A DNA stretch of 64,000 bases from the human T2T-CHM13v2.0 reference genome, Homo sapiens: the NCBI RefSeq assembly GCF_009914755.1, contig NC_060948.1; one strand, given 5' to 3'. A program made the translations under genes and the position numbers. Positions 54,201 to 64,000 of the stretch are shown in pieces. The notes under the pieces were generated by a model that saw only the letters and a program-made list of their open reading frames with translations, was not told where the DNA came from and did no database searches. Position 1 is the stretch's first letter. The number at the start of each line of letters is the position of its first letter.

Positions 54201-57200
54201 GAATGGTACAGAGAGCAATGGTATAGAATGGAATGGAATCATCTGGAATGGAATTGAATGGAATGGAATAATATGAAATGGAATGGAATGGAATGGAATG
54301 GAATGCCCTTGAATTAAATGGACTGGAATGGAATGGACTCCAACAGAGTGAAATGGAAAGTGTTGAGATAGAATGGAATGGACTCCTTTGGAATGGTGTA
54401 GTATGCAATGCAATCGACTGGCAGGGAAGCAAAAGGAATGTAATCAAATGGATTGGACTGGAATGCAATGGACTCGAATAGATTGGAAACGGAATGCAAA
54501 GGAATGGAATGGAATAGTATGGAATGGAATGGAAAGGAATGGAGTGGAATAGACTAGAGTGGAATGGAATGGACTCGAAAGCAATGGACTGGAATGGAAC
54601 TTTCTTGAATGGACTGGAATCAAACGGAATGGAATGCAATGCAATCAAATGGCATGGAATAAAATAGAATGAAAGAGAATCAAATGGAATTGAATCGAAT
54701 GGAATCGAATGGATTGGAAAGGATTAGAATGGAATGGAATGGAATTGACTCAAATGGAATGGACTAGAATGGAATGGATTCGAATGGAAGGCAAAGGAAT
54801 GGAATCTATTGGAATGGACTGTAATGGAATGGAATGGAAGGGATTGGAATGGACTCGAATGGAATGGACTGCAATAGAAAGGATTCGAATGGAATGAAAA
54901 AGAATTGAATGGAATAGAACAGAATGGAATCAAATCGAATGAAATGGAATGGAATAGAAAGGAATGGAATGAAATGGAATGGAAAGGATTCGAATGGAAT
55001 GCAATCGAATGGAATGGAATCGAACGGAATGGAATAAAATGGAAGAAAACTGGCAAGAAATGGAATCGAAATGAATGGAGTGTTATGGAACGGACTCAAA
55101 AGGAATTGAATGTAATAGAATGGAGTGGAGTGGACTCGAATATAATGGACTGGAATGGAATGAAATCACATGGAATGGGAACGAATGGAATGGAATGGAA
55201 AGGAATGGAATCGAATGGAAAGGAATCGAATAGAAGGGAATGAAATTGAATCAACAGGAATGGAAGGGAATAGAATAGACGGTAATGGAATGGACTCGAA
55301 TAGAATGGACACGAATTCTCAAATTGAATGGACACGAATGGAATGGAAACGAAAGGAATGTCATCGAATGGAATTGAATCGATTGGAATGAAATCGCATA
55401 GAATGGAGTGGAATCAAATGGAATTGAATCGAAAGGAAAGGAAGCGAATGGACTGAAATGAAATGGAATGGAATTGAATGGAAAGTAATGCAATGGAATA
55501 GAATGGAACGAAATTTCACGGAATGGAATCAAACTGAATGGAATCAAATCAATGGAATCAAATCAAATGGAATGGAAAGGAATTGAATGGAGTAGATTGG
55601 ATTGGATGGGATTGGAATGAAATGTACTGGAAAGGACTCGAATTTCATGAAACGGAATGGAATGAATTGGAACGGAATGGACTCGAATGGAATGGAATGT
55701 CATGGAATGGCATCAAATGGAATGGCATCAAATGGAATGGAATCGAATGCAATGGAATGCTATGGAATGGAATGGAATGCATTGGAATGGAATGTCCTCT
55801 AATGGAATGGATTCGAGTGGAATGGAATCGAATATAATGGAGTCGAATGAAATGGAATTGAAAGGAATGGGATCGAATAGAATGGAATATACTGGAATGT
55901 AATGTAATGAACTCGAATGTAATTGACTGGAATGGAATGTACATGAATGGAATGTAATCGAATGGAAAGTAATCCAATGGAATAGAATCTAATGCAATAA
56001 AATCGACTCAGATAGAGTAGAATGTAATGGAATGGAGTGCAGTGCAATGGAATGGAATGGAATGGAATGCAATGGAATGGAATGGAATGGAATGGAATGG
56101 AATGGAATGGAATGGAATGGGATGGGATGGAATGGTATGGAATGGATAGTAATGAACTGGAGTGAAATGGACTGGAAAGGAATGGAGTCAAATTGAAAGG
56201 GCTCGAAAGGAATGGAGTCAAATGGAATAGTCTGGAATGGAATGAACACGAATGTAATGCAATCCAATAGAATGGAATCGAATGGCATGGAATATAAAGA
56301 AATGGAATCGAAGAGAATGGAAACAAATGGAATGGAATTGAATGGAATGGAATTGAATGGAATGGGAACGAATTGAGTGAAATTGTATGCAGTAGAAGGG
56401 AATAGAATGGAATGCAAGCGAAAGGAAAGGAATGGATTGGAATGGAATGGAATTCATTGGAATGGAAGGGAATGTAGTGTAATGGACAGGCCTGGAATAA
56501 AGTGGAATGCTACGGTCTCGAACGGAATAAAAATGTATGGAATGGAATGCAATGAAACGGAATCGAATGTCATAGAATGTAATGGAATGCAAAAAAATGG
56601 AATCCAAAATCATTGACTGGAAAGGCTGGGTGTCGAAAGGAATTGACTCCAATGGAATGGAATCGAATGGAATGGAAGTGAATAGAATCGAACTAAATCG
56701 AATGGAATGGAATTGATAGGAACGGAATGGAAAGGAATGCAATGATTTGGCATGGAATGGAATCGAATGGCATCGAATGGAATGGAATGGAATGCAATGG
56801 AATGGAATGTATTAGAATGTAATGAACTTTAATGGAATGTACTCGAATGGATTCGACTGGAATGGAATGTTCTGGAAGTGAATGGACTCCAATGGAATGG
56901 ATTCCAAAGGAATGGAATCGTACGGAATGGAATCTAATGGAATGGAATTAAATGGAAATGAATCAAATTGAATAGCACGGAATTGAATTGAATGGAATGG
57001 AATGCAATGGAATCTAATGAAACGGAAAGGAAAGGAATGGAATGGAATGGAATGGGCTGGAATGGAAAGGAATCGAAACGAATGGAATGGAATCGAAGTG
57101 AAGAGACTGGAATGGAATGCACTGGAATGGAAGGGAGTGTAATGGAAGGTTCTCGAAAAAAATGGAATCGAATGGAATGGAATTGAATGGAACGGAATAG

Positions 57201-60200
57201 AGTCGAATGGAATTGAATGGAATGGAATGGACTAGAGTGAAATGGAATCGAACCACAAGGAATGGACAGGAATAGAATGGTCTCGAATTGAATGGAATCG
57301 TATGGAATGGCATCAAACGGAATGGAATGGACAGCCACGGAATGGAATGCACTCGAATGCAATGGAGTCGAAACTAATGGACTGGAATAGAATGGACTCG
57401 ACTGGTACGGACTCCAATGGAATGGAATCGAATGGAAGGGAATCGATCGGAATGGACTCGAAGGGAAAAGACTGCAATGGAAAGGTCTCGAATGGAATGG
57501 AAATTAATGGAATGGAATGGAATCGAATGAAATGGAGTCAAAAGGAATGGAATCGAATGGCAAGAAATCGAATGTAATGGAATCGCAAGGAATTGATGTG
57601 AACGGAACGGAATGGAATGGAATCCAAAGGAATGGAATAGAATGGAATGGAATCGAATGGAAAGGACTCGAATGGAAATCACTCGAATAGAATGCAATTT
57701 AATAAAATAGGATCAAATGTAATGGAATGGAATGGAAAGGAATCGAAACGAAAGGAATGGAGACAGATGGAATGGAATGGAACAGAGAGCAATGGTATAG
57801 AATGGAATGGAATCATCTGGAATGGAATTGAATGGAATGGAATAATATGAAATGGAATGGAATGGAATGGAATGGAATGGAATGCCCTTGAATTAAATGG
57901 ACTGGAATGGAATGGACTCGAACAGAGTGGAATGGAAAGTTTTGAGATAGAATGGAATGGACTCCTTTGGAATGGTGTAGTATGCAATGCAATCGACTGG
58001 CAGGGAATCAAAAGGAATGTAATCGAATGGATTGGACTGGAATGCAATGGACTCGAATAGATTGGAAACGGAATGCAAAGGAATGGAATGGAATAGTATG
58101 GAATGGAATGGAAAGGAATGGAGTGGAATAGACTAGAGTGGAATGGAATGGACTGGAAAGCAATGGACTGGAATGGAACTTTCTTGAATGGACTGGAATC
58201 AAACGGAATGGAATGCAATGCAATCAAATGGCATGGAATAAAATAGAATGAAAGAGAATCAAATGGAATTGAATCGAATGGAATCGAATGGATTGGAAAT
58301 GATTAGAATTGAATGGAATGGTATTGACTCAAATGGAATGGACTAGAATGGAATGGATTCGAATGGAAGGCAAAGGAATGGAATCTATTGGAATGGATTG
58401 TAATGGAATGGAATGGAAGGGATTGGAATGGACTCGAATGGAATGGACTGCAATAGAAAGGATTCGAATGGAATGAAAAAGAATTGAATGGAATAGAACA
58501 GAATGGAATCAAATCGAATGAAATGGAATGGAATAGAAAGGAATGGAATGAAATGGAATGGAAAGGATTCGAATGGAATGCAATCGAATGGAATGGAATC
58601 GAACGGAATGGAATAAAATGGAAGAAAACTGGCAAGAAATGGAATCGAAATGAATGGAGTGTTATGGAACGGACTCAAAAGGAATTGAATGTAATAGAAT
58701 GGAGTGGAGTGGACTCGAATATAATGGACTGGAATGGAATGAAATCACATGGAATGGGAACGAATGGAATGGAATGGAAAGGAATGGTATCGAATGGAAA
58801 GGAATCGAATGGAAGGGAATGAAATTGAATCAACAGGAATGGAAGGGAATAGAATAGACGGTAATGGAATGGACTCGAATAGAATGGACACGAATGCTCA
58901 AATTGAATGGACTCGAATGGAATGGAAACGAAAGGAATGTCATCGAATGGAATTGAATCGATTGGAATGAAATCGCATAGAATGGAGTGGAATCAAATGG
59001 AATTGAATCGAAAGGAAAGGAAGCGAATGGACTGAAATGAAATGGAATGGAATTGAATGGAAAGTAATGCAATGGAATAGAATGGAACGAAATTTCACGG
59101 AATGGAATCAAACTGAATGGAATCAAATCAATGGAATCAAATCAAATGGAATGGAAAGGAATTGAATGGAGTAGATTGGATTGGATGGGATTGGAATGAA
59201 ATGTACTGGAAAGGACTCGAATTTCATGAAACGGAATGGAATGAATTGGAACGGAATGGACTCGAATGGAATGGAATGTCATGGAATGGCATCAAATGGA
59301 ATGGCATCAAATGGAATGGAATCGAATGCAATGGAATGCTATGGAATGGAATGGAATGCATTGGAATGGAATGTCCTCTAATGGAATGGATTCGAGTGGA
59401 ATGGAATCTAATATAATGGAGTCGAATGAAATGGAATTGAAAGGAGTGGGATCGAATACAATGGAATATACTGGAATGTAATGTAATGAACTCGAATGTA
59501 ATTGACTGGAATGGAATGTACATGAATGGAATGTAATCGAATGGAAAGTAATCCAATGGAATAGAATCTAATGCAATAAAACCGACTCAGATAGAGTAGA
59601 ATGTAATGGAATGGAGTGCAGTGCAATGGAATGGAATGGAATGGAATGCAATGCAATGGAATGGAATGGAATGGAATGGAATGGAATGGAATGGAATGGG
59701 ATGGAATGGGATGGGATGGAATGGTATGGAATGGATAGTAATGGACTGGAGTGAAATGGACTGGAAAGGAATGGACTCAAATTGAAAGGGCTCGAAAGGA
59801 ATGGAGTCAAATGGAATGGTCTGGAATGGAATGAACACGAATGTAATGCAATCCAATAGAATGGAATCGAATGGCATGGAATATAAAGAAATGGAATCGA
59901 AGAGAATGGAAACAAATGGAATGGAATTGAATGGAATGGAATTGAATGGAATGGGAACGAATGGAGTGAAATTGTATGCAGTAGAAGGGAATAGAATGGA
60001 ATGCAAGCGAAAGGAAAGGAATGGATTGGAATGGAATGGAATTCATTGGAATGGAAGGGAATGTAGTGTAATGGACAGGCCTGGAATAAAGTGGAATGCT
60101 ACGGTCTCGAATGGAATAAAAATGTATGGAATGGAATGCAATGAAACGGAATCGAATGTCATAGAATGTAATGGAATGCAAAAAAATGGAATCCAAAATC

Positions 60201-63200
60201 ATTGACTGGAAAGGCTGGGTGTCGAAAGGAATTGACTCCAATGGAATGGAATCAAATGGAATGGAAGTGAATAGAATCGAACTAAATCGAATGGAATGGA
60301 ATTGATAGGAACGGAATGGAAAGGAATGCAATGATTTGGCATGGAATGGAATCGAATGGCATCGAATGGAATGGAATGGAATGCAATGGAATGGAATGTA
60401 TTAGAATGTAATGAACTTTAATGGAATGTACTCGAATGGATTCGACTGGAATGGAATGTTCTGGAAGTGAATGGACTCCAATGGAATGGATTCAAAAGGA
60501 ATGGAATCGTACGGAATGGAATCTAATGGAATGGAATTAAATGGAAAAGAATCAAATTGAATAGCACGGAATTGAATTGAATGGAATCGAATGCAATGGA
60601 ATCTAATGAAACGGAAAGGAAAGGAATGGAATGGAATGGAATGGGCTGGAATGGAAAGGAATCGAAACGAATGGAATGGAATCGAACTGAAGAGACTGGA
60701 ATGGAATGCACTGGAATGGAAGGGAGTGTAATGGAAGGTTCTCGAAAAAAATGGAATCGAATGGAATGGAATTGAATGGAACGGAATAGAGTCGAATGGA
60801 ATTGAATGGAATGGAATGGACTAGAGTGAAATGGAATCGAACCACAAGGAATGGACAGGAATAGAATGGTCTCGAATTGAATGGAATCGTATGGAATGGC
60901 ATCAAACGGAAAGGAATGGACAGCCACGGAATGGAATGCACTCGAATGCAATGGAGTCGAAACTAATGGACTGGAATAGAATGGACTCGACTGGTACGGA
61001 CTCCAATGGAATGGAATCGAAAGGAAGGGAATCGAACGGAATGGACTCGAAGGGAAAAGACTGCAATGGAAAGGTCTCGAATGGAATGGAAATTAATGGA
61101 ATGGAATGGAATCGAATGAAATGGAGTCAAAAGGAATGGAATCGAATGGCAAGAAATCGAATGTAATGGATTCGCAAGGAATTGATGTGAACGGAACGGA
61201 ATGGAATGGAATCCAAAGGAATGGAATAGAATGGAATGGAATCGAATGGAAAGGACTCGAATGGAAATCACTGGAATAGAATGCAATTTAATAAAATAGG
61301 ATGAAATGTAATGGAATGGAATGGAAAGGAATCGAAACGAAAGGAATGGAGACAGATGGAATGGAATGGTACAGAGAGCAATGGTATAGAATGGAATGGA
61401 ATCATCTGGAATGGAATTGAATGGAATGGAATAATATGAAATGGAATGGAATGGAATGGAATGGAATGCCCTTGAATTAAATGGACTGGAATGGAATGGA
61501 CTCCAACAGAGTGAAATGGAAAGTGTTGAGATAGAATGGAATGGACTCCTTTGGAATGGTGTAGTATGCAATGCAATCGACTGGCAGGGAAGCAAAAGGA
61601 ATGTAATCAAATGGATTGGACTGGAATGCAATGGACTCGAATAGATTGGAAACGGAATGCAAAGGAATGGAATGGAATAGTATGGAATGGAATGGAAAGG
61701 AATGGAGTGGAATAGACTAGAGTGGAATGGAATGGACTGGAAAGCAATGGACTGGAATGGAACTTTCTTGAATGGACTGGAATCAAACGGAATGGAATGC
61801 AATGCAATCAAATGGCATGGAATAAAATAGAATGAAAGAGAATCAAATGGAATTGAATCGAATGGAATCGAATGGATTGGAAAGGATTAGAATGGAATGG
61901 AATGGAATTGACTCAAATGGAATGGACTAGAATGGAATGGATTCGAATGGAAGGCAAAGGAATGGAATCTATTGGAATGGACTGTAATGGAATGGAATGG
62001 AAGGGATTGGAATGGACTCGAATGGAATGGACTGCAATAGAAAGGATTCGAATGGAATGAAAAAGAATTGAATGGAATAGAACAGATTGGAATCAAATCG
62101 AATGAAATGGAATGGAATAGAAAGGAATGGAATGAAATGGAATGGAAAGGATTCGAATGGAATGCAATCGAATGGAATGGAATCGAACGGAATGGAATAA
62201 AATGGAAGAAAACTGGCAAGAAATGGAATCGAAATGAATGGAGTGTTATGGAACGGACTCAAAAGGAATTGAATGTAATAGAATGGAATGGAGTGGACTC
62301 GAATATAATGGACTGGAATGGAATGAAATCACATGGAATGGGAACGAATGGAATGGAATGGAAAGGAATGGAATCGAATGGAAAGGAATCGAATAGAAGG
62401 GAATGAAATTGAATCAACAGGAATGGAAGGGAATAGAATAGACGGTAATGGAATGGACTCGAATAGAATGGACACGAATTCTCAAATTGAATGGACACGA
62501 ATGGAATGGAAACGAAAGGAATGTCATCGAATGGAATTGAATCGATTGGAATGAAATCGCATAGAATGGAGTGGAATCAAATGGAATTGAATCGAAAGGA
62601 AAGGAAGCGAATGGACTGAAATGAAATGGAATGGAATTGAATGGAAAGTAATGCAATGGAATAGAATGGAACGAAATTTCACGGAATGGAATCAAACTGA
62701 ATGGAATCAAATCAATGGAATCAAATCAAATGGAATGGAAAGGAATTGAATGGAGTAGATTGGATTGGATGGGATTGGAATGAAATGTACTGGAAAGGAC
62801 TCGAATTTCATGAAACGGAATGGAATGAATTGGAACGGAATGGACTCGAATGGAATGGAATGTCATGGAATGGCATCAAATGGAATGGCATCAAATGGAA
62901 TGGAATCGAATGCAATGGAATGCTATGGAATGGAATGGAATGCATTGGAATGGAATGTCCTCTAATGGAATGGATTCGAGTGGAATGGAATCGAATATAA
63001 TGGAGTCGAATGAAATGGAATTGAAAGGAATGGGATCGAATAGAATGGAATATACTGGAATGTAATGTAATGAACTCGAATGTAATTGACTGGAATGGAA
63101 TGTACATGAATGGAATGTAATCGAATGGAAAGTAATCCAATGGAATAGAATCTAATGCAATAAAATCGACTCAGATAGAGTAGAATGTAATGGAATGGAG

Positions 63201-64000
63201 TGCAGTGCAATGGAATGGAATGGAATGGAATGCAATGGAATGGAATGGAATGGAATGGAATGGAATGGAATGGAATGGAATGGGATGGGATGGAATGGTA
63301 TGGAATGGATAGTAATGAACTGGAGTGAAATGGACTGGAAAGGAATGGAGTCAAATTGAAAGGGCTCGAAAGGAATGGAGTCAAATGGAATAGTCTGGAA
63401 TGGAATGAACACGAATGTAATGCAATCCAATAGAATGGAATCGAATGGCATGGAATATAAAGAAATGGAATCGAAGAGAATGGAAACAAATGGAATGGAA
63501 TTGAATGGAATGGAATTGAATGGAATGGGAACGAATTGAGTGAAATTGTATGCAGTAGAAGGGAATAGAATGGAATGCAAGCGAAAGGAAAGGAATGGAT
63601 TGGAATGGAATGGAATTCATTGGAATGGAAGGGAATGTAGTGTAATGGACAGGCCTGGAATAAAGTGGAATGCTACGGTCTCGAACGGAATAAAAATGTA
63701 TGGAATGGAATGCAATGAAACGGAATCGAATGTCATAGAATGTAATGGAATGCAAAAAAATGGAATCCAAAATCATTGACTGGAAAGGCTGGGTGTCGAA
63801 AGGAATTGACTCCAATGGAATGGAATCGAATGGAATGGAAGTGAATAGAATCGAACTAAATCGAATGGAATGGAATTGATAGGAACGGAATGGAAAGGAA
63901 TGCAATGATTTGGCATGGAATGGAATCGAATGGCATCGAATGGAATGGAATGGAATGCAATGGAATGGAATGTATTAGAATGTAATGAACTTTAATGGAA
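45300..64000 (+). repeat. DYZ1 sub-block C: highly homogeneous subfamily (U14, U15, U16, U18; U17 is closer to consensus)
   Basis: Shared variants GGAAAAGAATC, CGGAAAGGAATGGACAG, TGGATTCGCA, TAGGATGAAA, GGTACAGAG, GGGAAGCAAA, and an extra EcoRI site in GACACGAATTCTC (48180, 51739, 55313, 62476). Unit lengths are 3559-3589. Confidence 0.88.

Larger units (their letters stand above)
1..64000 (+). repeat. DYZ1: Human satellite III (GGAAT)n array, DYZ1/HSat3 of Yq12; ~18 tandem units of ~3.55 kb, all in one orientation
   Basis: Degenerate GGAAT/CGAAT/GGACT pentamers run from end to end. The landmark GACAGGCC recurs with GGCC at 3309, 6858, 10403, 13957, 17491, 21045, 24574, 28128, 31653, 35206, 38715, 42258, 45782, 49341, 52915, 56489, 60078 and 63652 (spacing 3509-3589, mean ~3550). 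This matches the classical ~3.4-3.56 kb HaeIII/EcoRI male-specific repeat. Confidence 0.97.

Noticed and set aside
205-63905. Hundreds of ORFs of 60-313 aa (MEWNG- and FHSIP-rich)
   Set aside because: They are direct translations of (GGAAT)n and (ATTCC)n, which lack stop codons. They overlap in all frames, recur every 3.55 kb, are freely broken between copies and show no domain-like content.
1-64000. CRISPR-like or other prokaryotic repeat-spacer system
   Set aside because: There are no unique spacers and no cas or other genes. Variation consists of point changes within a continuous pentamer satellite.
1-64000. HSat2, or autosomal HSat3 such as 9q12
   Set aside because: The HSat2-type (CATTCGATTC-based, ATCATCGAAT-rich) pattern does not dominate. 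The ~3.55 kb HaeIII period and DYZ1 primer sites point to Yq12.
1-64000. DYZ2/Alu/L1 insertion, array boundary or inversion
   Set aside because: I saw no AT-rich or Alu segment, poly-A tail, target-site duplication or switch to the ATTCC strand anywhere.
1-64000. Abundant TCGA/CpG sites as a CpG island, and G-quadruplex potential
   Set aside because: The CpGs come from the CGAAT variant in a low-GC satellite. G-runs are almost all GG, with no clustered GGG tracts.

Overview
The whole 64 kb window is human satellite III DNA: a degenerate (GGAAT)n pentamer array with the G-rich strand on +. It is organised as about 18 head-to-tail copies of a ~3.55 kb unit, each with one HaeIII/StuI landmark (GACAGGCC). 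Unit length, restriction map and exact matches to Y-sexing primer sequences (recalled from memory) identify it as the DYZ1 (HSat3) array of human Yq12 heterochromatin. I found no genes, RNA genes, transposons, DYZ2/Alu junctions or inversions, and the listed ORFs are artefacts of translating GGAAT/ATTCC. The structure worth attention lies inside the array: (1) three perfect canonical heat-shock elements (GAAnnTTCnnGAA) per unit, about 50 intact in total; (2) local higher-order structure, namely a ~7.1 kb dimer at the left, a SalI-positive subfamily in the middle and a homogeneous expanded subfamily at the right; (3) chimeric units with mappable switch points; (4) a diverged ~2 kb island at ~41.1-43.2 kb; (5) a strong bias toward 15-bp indels; and (6) four fixed pentamer phase slips per unit. 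All counts were made by eye. Units U1-U18 start at 1, 3550, 7099, 10644, 14198, 17732, 21286, 24815, 28355, 31894, 35447, 38956, 42499, 46023, 49582, 53156, 56730 and 60319, with a partial unit from 63893.
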